Assembly (NCBI GenBank): GCA_000934665.2
Contig: KZ538225.1
Span: 1-64,000, forward strand
DNA: 64,000 bases
Reading direction: 5' to 3'
Source: Catajapyx aquilonaris
Taxonomy: Eukaryota
The translations under genes and the position numbers were made by a program. Of this stretch, positions 54,053-64,000 are shown in pieces. Under the pieces are notes generated by a model that was not told the origin of the DNA, did no database searches, and worked only from the letters and a program-made list of their open reading frames with translations. Positions within the stretch are counted from its first letter, which is position 1. Each line of letters begins with the position of its first letter.

Positions 54053-55212
54053 CTGCACCACCGCAAACACCCAATTCAGATCAGGGTTCGCATCATTGCC
54101 ATCATCCGTTGGGCGGGTTGTAGTCGCAATGGGAGGGAAGGGAGATCACCACCGCCATCGCAGCACAGCCGTCACAGTAGACACATTCGGACAGCAAGGT
54201 TCGTTCAGGTGGTGGTAGTCACGTTGATGTAGTTGTTGTAGTAGGTGGTGATGGTAGTGGTGGTGGTTGGTAGATGTCGTGGTTTCAAAGTGCAGGCCCG
54301 CCATTTTACCCGTGTGGGCAACCCAACAATGAACAGACAGGAGGGGAGAGGCACAATGGTTTGCCATGTCATACATGTCAAAAGGAGGCTGTGCAAACAG
54401 CGGTTCCCACTGTTGCCACAGCAATGGAGATTGTGACCCAGAGAGGATACAGTATGCAATTTAACGTGATTGTTCAAAAGCAAGTAAAAGGCCCAATTAC
54501 ATGGATTAGAGCTAGAATCAATGTCAACTCAACATTTTTTTAAACACTTGCAACAAATGAAATTAATGCTTGTTGCCATCAATAGCATGCACTTTAAGAG
54601 CAGCATTAATTCTCTCAAAGTACTTCTCGGAGTGTCAACTGAATCACGTTTCCCCTGACAAGTGATTCCTCCAATTAACACAGCATGAAATATTTATGGC
54701 CTTGAGTGCACAAGACTTCCCACCCAATTATGCCACGCACAACTGTTGATTAGATTTGACTCCAGCTCTAAATGGCCTGAAAACACTTTTGAACCACAGT
54801 CTCCAATACACAATTAACCACACACACACATTGTAACAAAGTTTGGATGGAAAACACTTTACCAGCTGAATTAGAATTTGGCAAATATACTGTAAGTAAC
54901 TGTGATGCTTTAGTAAATTTATCATGTTTGACATATGTTAGGGTAAATAAAGATAATTCGAGATGAGGTGCTAATAATCAAGCATCAAGTTCTAATGACA
55001 GGGAAGTGGTAGGTCTTTAGTACATGGCTCAGAACTAAAGCAGTAATGGCAGTGTTAAGAGCAGAAAAAAAAAGTTAGTTCGTTTCAGTAGTTATGCCTT
55101 ATTTCCAATGGAAGCAAGCCAAAAATGTCATGGCCAGGGGAAGGAGAATGTTTACTGCTCCCATGCAACATCAACCAGCATGCACCACTTCCTTGCCATT
55201 TATTTTACTTAC

Positions 55213-56796
55213 ACTACCGGAGGACGAAGTAATGGAATAAGGGTTAGTCGTACTCTGCGATCCTGGATATCCGTACTTGTGGTGCAAATATCGTCTGGAT
55301 GTGGCGTTCGAAGAAGTGTAAACGTCGTCCAAGACGCTGTACTTCAAAATCAACTGATCTATCTCGCGCTTTCGCTTGCAGTCCTCCCCACCCGGATTAT
55401 TGTTTATGTCCTTCTGCCTAGTCCGTAGGCGATCTGGAACCTCAGGAGGAACCCTTCCTTTCCCATACTCGCCCCCTGCCCCGTCCTTGCTGTCAAGCCA
55501 CGACTTGGAGGAATAGTTGGAGTAAACAGGAGTCTTTTCTGCCCTCCACGACCTCTTCTCTGGCTCCTTCTTCCGCTCCTCCCTGGGCAGGTACTGGTCT
55601 TCTTTGGGTGCATACCGGCTGTAGTACTCTCTAGACTTGATAGTGTCACTCTCATCTCTTGAAAATCGACGATTTCCACTCAAATAATCACTGCTGTCTT
55701 TCTTGGCTAGCCTACTGGAACTGCCTGTGTAGTAGTCCTTGTCATTTTTTGCCAACCGGCTGGAGCTTCCAGTGTAGTAGTCCTTGTCATTTTTTGCCAA
55801 CCTGCTTGAGCTTCCAGTGTAGTAGTCCTTGTCATTCTTTGCCAGCCTGCTTGAGCTTCCAGTGTAGTAATCCTTTCCAGGGTCATTTTTGGCCAGTCTA
55901 GTAGAACTGCCATTGGTGTTGTTTTTGGACAGCCTGGTTGAATTTCCACCATCGTCATTCTTGACCAGCCTTTTGCTGCTATAGTATTCCGTGCTTTTCT
56001 TGTCTCTTGCAGATCGGCCTGTGTTGTAATAGTCCAGCAGCCGCCCATAGTGATGAGAGTCATCCTTCTTGAGGTACTTGGAGGACAGTGAGGAGGAGGA
56101 GGAGGAGGAAGCCGAAGATGACACCCCCGTAGAAGTGCCAGCACCAGAAATGGACTTGCCTGCTCCAAGGTCCATACTGGAGGATGGAACCAGCCTGCTA
56201 GAATAATAGCTGCTCTTGCCATACTTGCTGAGATAACGTGGTGTCTTCTCTCTGGCCCTCTTTTCTTTATGATGACTGCCTGATTCAGTTGGTGTGCTGC
56301 TGCTGCTCTTCTCATCACTACTACTGCTGCTGCTGCGTCCAGCAATCCCCCTTAGGTTTGCATATGTCCTAGAGTACTTGCTGTAGCTAGCCGATGTCAG
56401 TTTGGTGGATGCAGGCCTATCATAGCTCTTCTCGGCTGCAGCCGTTGGAGTTATCATAGAGCTGGAGCTCTTTGTTAGAGCATAATTCTTATTGCGGTCA
56501 TACGATGATGTGTAGCTGCCATAGGTCTTGTTATTGGAGCCGGTAGCATACTTATCTATCAAGCTCTTAGTAGATGCAGACGCCATGCTTGTTTTGTCAG
56601 CTTTAGGGGTGGCAGAATCTCTCTTGGAAGCAGTCTCTTTCTTGTTCGCGGTCTTATGGGTTGAAACTCCACGGCTCAGGGAGGTTAATCTCTGCAGGAT
56701 GCTGGTACACGTGCGGACGACTTCAGACTCAGCAAGAAGCTGCGAAACACTAGTTGTAGCAGAGCGTCCATACTGACGCCGGGGGCGCTGGCTCAT
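55213..56796 (-). CDS. Doa: Doa alternative N-terminal exon, long Ser/Tyr/Lys-rich form (528 codons; 908-aa isoform)
   Basis: 1584-nt ORF portion from ATG 56796 to donor AGT|GTAAGT after 55213, phase 0, in frame with the common exon at 54052; acceptor cctccag| before 56813. Starts MSQRPRRQYGRSATTSVSQLL, which I recall from insect Doa isoforms. Confidence 0.85.
55702..55876 (-). repeat. 45-bp coding tandem repeat x4 (KDYYTGSSSRLAKND)
   Basis: Four near-identical 15-aa units in the long Doa exon, preceded by three degenerate ones. Confidence 0.92.
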
Positions 56797-59700
56797 GCTT
56801 TGCTAGACACACCCTGGAGGACTTTAGCAAGGTGGGAGCCCAAAAGTGGGTCAAAGTCCCCACTCCATTGCAAAATCTAACAAAAAGTCAATCGCCACAA
56901 AAAAAATCGTCTGCAAAACACAGACGATAATGTACCAAGACTCTACGGGCCCACCTTGCTAGGTATCCTCTCACGTGGAAACACGGTTCAAGTTCACTGT
57001 CAATGGGTCACATCAGACATCTGCACAAGACAACAAAATTCCTCAGCCGGAATCCTCCCTGCTCTAAAACAGTGCGACCCTAACAGACACAAAGACGGGA
57101 CAGCAGACTGGACGACACTTCACAGGTCACCCGTACATGTTACACAGCCTACGGACTAGGCGCGGCAGATCTACCGGACCCCCGAGTTGGGGAAGAAATG
57201 AGAGAATTTGCGACTACGAAGCAGGTGGAGCCATTTTTGCTCCCTTGGGCCAAGAATGGTATCCACCCAGGGATGCCACATCCCCAATCCACAACATTGC
57301 CCGCCTGTACCTCAACAACCCACCCATGCCGCTGCCTCCTTCTGCCCCATTTGACCATACCATCCGCGGGCCAAAACCGGCTCGGAACCGAACCCAATCA
57401 ATGGAAAACCGAATTGCGACACCTATTACGAAACCCCTTCCGAAGTGGCAACGTTTCCGTGCTAAAGATACGAAGAAGCTGCAGGGGAAATCTCCTGCTC
57501 CGCCAAAAATGCGGCTATTTATACCCCTGCGTTTCCCTGAGGCCCCCTGGCCAGGCCTGGGAACATGTTCTTATAGGAGGACGACCGAAATATTCGGGGC
57601 CATTCTGGTCCTACCCACGTGACAACCATAAACATTGGGACCGTACAACAAGGCACATCGCTCATGGCCCTTTCAACACATCTGATTTGGGTACGTCACG
57701 ATGAATGTCCGCGAAACGAACCGCAACAATGGGGGGGTACCCAGGTGTTCGTATATTACCCGCGATTTCGCCGGAAAAAAAAATGAAACTGCAATCTTAG
57801 CCGTCCCTGCCCTTCGAGGCACATATCAATTTAATCACGCGCACACAAAGGGTGCCTTTCTGAGAATAAACCGTGTGGCCCACCACTTCGTCTCAGTGAA
57901 CGCCTGGGTGGTTTCCAAAAGCCGAAGCGTTCCAATGCCACCTTGCTTCGACTCGCCCCAATGTTTCCTGGCCACTTATTGTCCCTGCCAAACTCGACCC
58001 TCTGGCGTCATGCCCTCCAAACAACAGCTCTACATATACATAGGAAAATATCGCCATGATCAGCAAAAAAGCCGTATCTACATTATTTTTCCACGCATGG
58101 CTGGATAGAACAGTCGCTTCGACATGTCTGGAACCAACCTCGGTTCATTGTAATTCCCCTCTGCATTTCCCCGCCTCATCTTCTTCCTCGAGGTACGTCT
58201 ATCGTGCCTGCATGCAAATTCTAGCCCGTGTTCGGCATCTCGACATCGGTTTTCCCATGGCAGTCTCTGCCCTCTCCTTCATAATAGATCACGCCTTGCA
58301 CTAGTCAGAAAACCGCCTGCAATAAATTTGAAAGCAATGGGCCGTGGATTTGTGTAACACCACGCGTTTCCCCCCACTCGAAATATAATGGCGTCGGCTG
58401 TAAATATTTTAACAGTGTACGAAGGGGTGATAACTGGCTAGAAATTTTCACGTCGGGATGCTTATTTGGGTGTGGGTGTCAGAGGCCAAGCACGCCTGGC
58501 AAGGCGAGGGAATAAACAAACTTCTGAAGTCGCATTCTTCGCTGCCTTATTGGGCAACGTTTACATACTTAGTCCCGAATACCTCCCCATTTATCTATCC
58601 ACGGACTAACGGCACCTGCTACAGACAGCGAAGGTTCCCCCAAAAAAAAATCCATACCATCGTGACAAAGAGGCAACTCTTACCCAAGATGTTAGGGATT
58701 TCCGTCGGTACCGTGCGACATTGCATCTCCTTTTAGTGGAATCCGACGAGCCACTGAGCAGCTGAGAGTCACCCCCTAAACCTGGTCCATGCGTCAGGTG
58801 CGAACGACGAAAGATGACGTACCCATCTGGTACAATGCCAGTCCGTCCTACGACGTCATGCACGGCACACTCCGAGGCTTTCCAAAATAATTATTGTTCG
58901 CTGGATATTCCACACATCATCGCCGTGATATTCCTTTTATGGCCCGGCAACACCACTTGACCCCATTCGGGATTAGGTTTACACCTGACTTTACGACACC
59001 CGGTTCTTTACGGCGCTACTCGGCAACATTTTCCACTGCAATCACTGCATTGCAATGCTCCTCCAAAAAGTCAAGAAACTTCTCTGCTAATGAGTGTCAA
59101 CTGAGTGTCAACAACTTTGTCCGCAGGTATACATGGCCCGATGCCCGGGAGCAGAAATAAAAGGGGAGTAATTTCTGCTGAACAAACGGCCTTGCTATGG
59201 CAACTGAAATGACGGTCTCCAGATGCGCGGTGCAGAACCGCGACTAATAATACTCATTCCACTCCAGGCAAGCGGGGGTGGACAATACAGTTTCGGGTCT
59301 GGCTTCACCTGGACTCCAGCTAAATTACAGGCTCCTTCCGGACAAAAGTTAGGAGTGACTAGAGACTCTCTGGGATGTGATGTCATAATATCAGCCAGTG
59401 ACGGAGGATGCGCATGGGCTAAAATTTTTCCGAATAACTATATATTTCATTGACTGCCTGATGTTTACTACTAATTACAGAAAAACAGGCCTCGATTCAT
59501 CCCACCCTTCATGAGAAAGTTCAGTCAGGCTCAGATCTAGCACAAACTGAAGCAATATAGCTTTACTGCACTTGTTCAAATAACTTGTAGGCAATGCGTA
59601 CAAATGAATCTATACTGATATGTACCTGTTAAAAATAACACCGATAAGTCAACGCTTTACAGGCTCATGGAATCTGAACATGCCAATCGCACCATATGGC

Positions 59701-59923
59701 AGTATGCATGGCCATTGCCAACAGTTTGGGCTTCGACCTTGCCTCACCCTGTGTGCATCCATGTTTGTAAAACCCGCCAAATTCGACGAAACATGCACCA
59801 TCACAGCTTCCAGGACTCCACTTGATTCCCGCCCCAAGATGCCCTCATCCTCGACGATATTTGCACCTCACTGGTCAACTACACTTTTTTTGAAGGGGGC
59901 ACAAAACCGACCCACAAACGGAC

Positions 59924-60037
59924 CTGATCGGCAGGAGGTGACGGTGGGAGTTGGTGCTGCAGGCCCATGGGCAGGAAACCCGGGGGCGGACACACCGCCC
60001 CTTCGAAGGGGAACCACCACTCCACGGCTGCCCTACC
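59924..60037 (-). CDS. Doa: Candidate Doa alternative N-terminal exon, short Pro-rich form (...MGLQHQLPPSPPADQ)
   Basis: ATG 59968 (gcccATGG), donor CAG|GTCCGT after 59924, phase 0 with the common exon. Frame stays open upstream past a GTG at 60025 and a possible acceptor at 60037. Confidence 0.45.
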
Positions 60038-61027
60038 CTGCTTATGGAGGTCGGGTCAGCCCGGTCACTCTCAAGGCCATTGGTCCAGACCGACCGCTCC
60101 ACCTGCACCAGGACCGCACCTCGCGGTTCCTCCGACGGCCAGGAGCAACCAGCGCACAAACACACAGCCTTCCAAAAGGATCTTGGCAGACAGAAATAGA
60201 GCCCCTAAAGACCCCCCACATCCTGCCCACCACGTCCCCTTCTCCTCTATCACTCGCACTTTGGAGGTTACGAGGGTTTGAGGTTGTCAGTGGGGTTCAT
60301 CGTGTCAGACAGCAGGTGCTCCCGGGAGAAGGGGACACGTTTCGTTGACGCCGGTTCATCCATGCCGCGTCCTTAAGAAGCTAAATCAACGGGTCCAAAG
60401 GACGCAGGACTTACAGGACATTCGTGAACTAAGGATAGACACCACTTGAACATAGCGGCGCAATTCTATCCACTTGCGAACGTCACGCACTTCTGTTGCT
60501 GCAAAGTGGCTACCGCCCTTCAAATGCATTGCGGGCTATCAGGAAACAGCAGGTAAAATATTCCAGATTTCACAATTTGAAGAGTAATTATTAGCCTATT
60601 CAAATTCAGCTGGTTTTGTGTTATGTTAATAAATTAGTAATGGAAACTGCTGCTCGCCAGTTGGCTAATTATCTTAATGTCTTAAGAACTGTCCTCTCGT
60701 GCCACAAGGGGAAGTAAAACAAATAAAAAACAACTTCTCCCTTTACCAACATGCATGGGTATGGATAAAATCCCCTTCCCACGCACTCATATTTGTAAAA
60801 AATATGCACTTCTTCTTTCTTCACGAATACGCTAACTAACCAGTCATTGGTAACACTTCTGCCTCGCCATTCAGGAGGAACTGGCCTTTCTAATAAAAGC
60901 AAATATAGAACATACTGCCACACATGGCCAAATTGACAAGGCCTACGCTATAGGAAGTCTTACCAGTGACAGGTACCAGGTCCATACCTCTTGTCATTCA
61001 CCATCCCCCCAGGAAGCGACTACTCAC

Positions 61028-61235
61028 CTGACTGGACGCATAGGAGTACCGTCGGTCCCGCCACGCCTCCTTCTCATGCCTTTGATGCCTGTGTGAGGCA
61101 TGGTGCACGTGGCGTTGGTGATGTCTCCGATGGTACCCAGCCGAGCTTCGAGAGCTGGGTGAGCGCGACGAATCGCGATGGTTGTTGTGCCTCCGTCGCT
61201 CGGGGCTGTAGTCGCGACGCCGCTCGTGACGGTCG
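61028..61235 (-). CDS. Doa: Doa alternative N-terminal exon encoding an Arg/Ser/His-rich (RS-like) domain; frame not shown in the ORF track
   Basis: Acceptor aattcctttag|, donor CAG|GTGAGT, 208 nt (phase 2 in, 0 out). Encodes DRHERRRDYSPERRRHNNHRDSSRSPSSRSSAGYHRRHHQ...RDRRYSYASSQ, typical of CLK N-termini. Confidence 0.8.
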
Positions 61236-61428
61236 CTAAAGGAATTAGGTTTACGTTTATTACACCTGCAAACTGCCAGTTACACGAGTGGTACGTCGAC
61301 ACTTGCACTGGCACATGCACCCAAGATCTTACCTTCAAAATTCAGCTACTGAACCAAAACAGTGTACACCTTCTGTGAGAAACGTGTCAGATTCCACTCT
61401 GCTGGCATTGCGACCACTCTGCCCTTAC

Positions 61429-61518
61429 CTGCTGTTGTGGACATACCGGCCCAGAAGACCATCACTCAGCATGTCCTCCCCAACCTTTTCAGTCCATCCC
61501 CGAATATCCCCTCCTTCC
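61429..61518 (-). CDS. Doa: Candidate 90-nt Doa exon upstream of the RS exon (phase 2-2; internal ATG MLSDGLLGRYVHNS)
   Basis: Acceptor tgtgctacag|, donor CAG|GTAAGG, open frame that joins the RS exon in frame. Confidence 0.5.
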
Positions 61519-63550
61519 CTGTAGCACAGGCTCATATCCGTGCCCATGACCCACACAGGCCCAGCTCATTTGAATCAAAATGACTCTTCGTCAGGCGGGG
61601 GACACAGATAAAACTCCCTGGTCCCCCCTCTGACATGTGATGCACGACAAAAAGGCACTCCCTTCTACCACCAGATGCAGACCATACGCGCTCCATCCGT
61701 CAGAAAACACTCGACCGCAAGAGATATTCCCACTTCCGGCCCCTTGTCGAGTTTTTTCCTCAGGCTAGATTGATCATGCAACAATTAATCAGATGAACTA
61801 CGCCCTTAGGGCAATAATGCCTTCTGAACCACCAAAATTATTTTCGGCAGCTATTACTGGGAGTAATTTTTCACCTAGCCTATATCTAGTTACACCCGGT
61901 CCTTATCACATACAGGATGCAACTTCTGGGAAATAGCCGTCACCACACTGGCTAACTTGTTGCCCCCCAGCTCCCCAGGCACGTACTGCACACCAATGTA
62001 CTAGAATTTATTGAGCAGGTCGCTGTCCCTCAGGTGGCAATACCGCATTGCACGAAAGCCAGCCCGTGCTATAGTAATTAGCTCACACCAACGCATTTCC
62101 TCCCGGAAGCCCCGTCTTTTAACCCCCCTAGCGCCCGATAGGCTCCCGAGGAAATGAACAAGGGCCCCTAATGACCACCGACCAAACAACGAGGGATGCG
62201 TTAGTTTCAAATGACCTTTTTTCTCCTGGTCCTTGATATCTAAACCACAAGCAGCATATGATGCTGGATAATCCGTCCGGAGAGACACTGGCGTCCCGGT
62301 CTTCTTCAGCCTCCAGGATCGGTTACCGGCCAGGGTGCTCCAGCATACTGCAGCCCCCAGTCTTTTCATCTCATATCCACGCCGCTCATGCACGGAAGCA
62401 TGTCCTCAAAGGAACCAGATTACACAAGGCCGCCAAACAGCCGATGCTATCACACCTCGCACTTTCCGCTTTCATAAAAAGAAACAGTCGACAATGCGGT
62501 CCGACCTTCGGCACCCCAAAAAAAATTGCACACCCGGAGCACGTCACCACATTACCATGCCGGGGCAAGATCACGTGCGTCGTCGCAGCCTCCCGAGCGA
62601 CGAATGTTTCAGCAGCCTCTTGGTTCAGGCCGCCCAAAAGCCAAAGACCGCATGCGGATGCGCAGCCAAAACCTGCCCCTTCCTTTTAGCTTCGATCGCT
62701 CAGTTTTGGCCCCCGCACTTCTTTCCATCGGACCATCCGCGGAAAGGTGACGTCCCCCAGCTCCGGATCGTCCCCCAATCATCGTCACTCCCTTTGTCTT
62801 CCTACCCGATGGCCGCCTAAATCACGAAAAATGGGCCCCAGAATCGTCCATCACGTTTCGTTAATCCGGCTCCTGGCAGCCTCCTTTCAACCGGAGAGAG
62901 ACCCGGGCAATAAAATTACCCAATCTCTTCCGTCTGGAGCCGGCAATAGATCACCCAAAGTTTGGACTCCCCTGGCCAGTCAAGCAGCAAGTGAAATCTT
63001 CGGGACTCTCAGACTGCAACCCACAATCAGTAGAATCCCATGTTCCAAGGAGGCCGAATTCTGCAGGGTGGTCGCGTGCGGGGGTGTCATTATAGCTGCA
63101 CGGCAATCACAAAAATTTCGTAAGTTATCGTCATTATGACTCCCTCGCTGGAGCCAAATGTTACGTCCTTGTCTCACAATAAGCAGCCTTTTAGGTCCAC
63201 TGGGCAAAGAGCCAACATGGTACAAAAAGAAACGCCAGGTTAGGGAGGGCCCCATGATTACACCCGATCGATTCCGCCCTTAACTCCGCTCCCAAGATGA
63301 TGCGGCAGAGTAATATCCAATACACACCCCTTTGGGGATACCCACAAAATCCTTTCCACCCATTGCCACCTGTGTTTCACGACCTGCTCGCCTCCCAGAT
63401 ATGCCTTTCCAGGACCAATATTTTCCTTTGCCCTTCCAGGGTAAACATTGTGCCTCTTTCCCCAGCCAACATGCAGTTTGTGGCGCAATGCCAGGTTGAC
63501 AATGACGTTAGCGCAGAACCGGCAGTTTCTCACTTCAGCCGACCACTTAC

Positions 63551-63636
63551 ACGGGGATGACCACAGTCGTCAGTCCCAGGAGTCGAACCCACGAGGGAAG
63601 CGTCATGTCCTCCTGTTCCTGGTCCAAAGACGCAGG
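63551..63636 (-). CDS. Doa: Candidate further upstream Doa exon (86 nt)
   Basis: Acceptor cttttgcattacag|, donor CGT|GTAAGT. The frame ...MTLPSWVRLLGLTTVVIP exits in phase 2, compatible with the 61518 or 61235 exons; coding status uncertain. Confidence 0.35.
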
Positions 63637-64000
63637 CTGTAATGCAAAAGAGGTCCGTTGCACATACCCCCCAACCAGACCATTTCCGCAAACCCCCCGG
63701 AATCCGGATTATCGCTCAATCCCCGCATCCCACAAACCCCGCTGGCAAGCCCCCCCCAGCTTCCTCTAGCGTCTAGCCAAATAATCTGGGCGGGTGAGCC
63801 GTGCAAAATGTCAGCAGACTGGCGAATTAAGCGCCTGCAAAACCAGAGTTTAGCCAGAGGGGGGGCGAGGGAGATTGCTCCATTGAATTATTCATGGACG
63901 GGAGGCCATGAGGAAGAAATAGAAGGGCTCGCAACTTAAGAGCTATATACTTCCTACTCGTAAATCGAACTAATGCCATAATTATTGTGCTCAGGCGGAA

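Noticed and set aside
44148..55876. Regular repeats (44148-44300 and 55702-55876) as possible CRISPR-like arrays
   Set aside because: Both are contiguous coding tandem repeats without unique spacers in a eukaryotic locus.
55707..56345. 212-aa alternative-frame ORF with repeats inside the long Doa exon
   Set aside because: Non-ATG start; expected by-product of a low-complexity repetitive exon. Repeat differences are mostly synonymous in the main frame.
59620..60348. 242-aa plus-strand ORF
   Set aside because: No recognisable domain; a GC-rich antisense shadow over a candidate Doa exon and UTR.

Overview
Eukaryotic, intron-rich DNA, almost certainly from an insect or other hexapod (many 56-62 nt GT-AG introns; gene content matches insect orthologues; the species cannot be determined). 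By hand-splicing I find five protein-coding genes. (1) The first coding exon of a probable PI4-kinase beta (fwd) on the minus strand at the left edge, apparently preceded by a ~30 kb 5'-UTR intron. (2) A complete 13-exon KIAA0319-like/AAVR-type membrane protein (+). (3) A complete 7-exon RIOK3 kinase (+). (4) A 3-exon secreted His/Pro/Val-repeat cuticular-type protein (-). (5) The LAMMER kinase Doa/CLK (-), with nine common exons and at least three candidate alternative N-termini. Other features are a tRNA-derived SINE with target-site duplications, a TTAA-flanked piggyBac-type MITE, hAT and Tigger4-like fragments, several long hairpins, an (ATT)22 microsatellite and a 56-N gap. There is no CRISPR array or other prokaryotic system. 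The most interesting signals are candidate post-transcriptional controls in Doa: an in-frame cassette exon in the kinase beta-hairpin, a poison micro-exon, a stem masking a 5' splice site and branch region, and a possible GUG start. Also notable are a perfect 43-bp hairpin downstream of the RIOK3 stop and a terminus resembling mammalian Tigger4. All family assignments come from motif recognition and memory; no database search was run.
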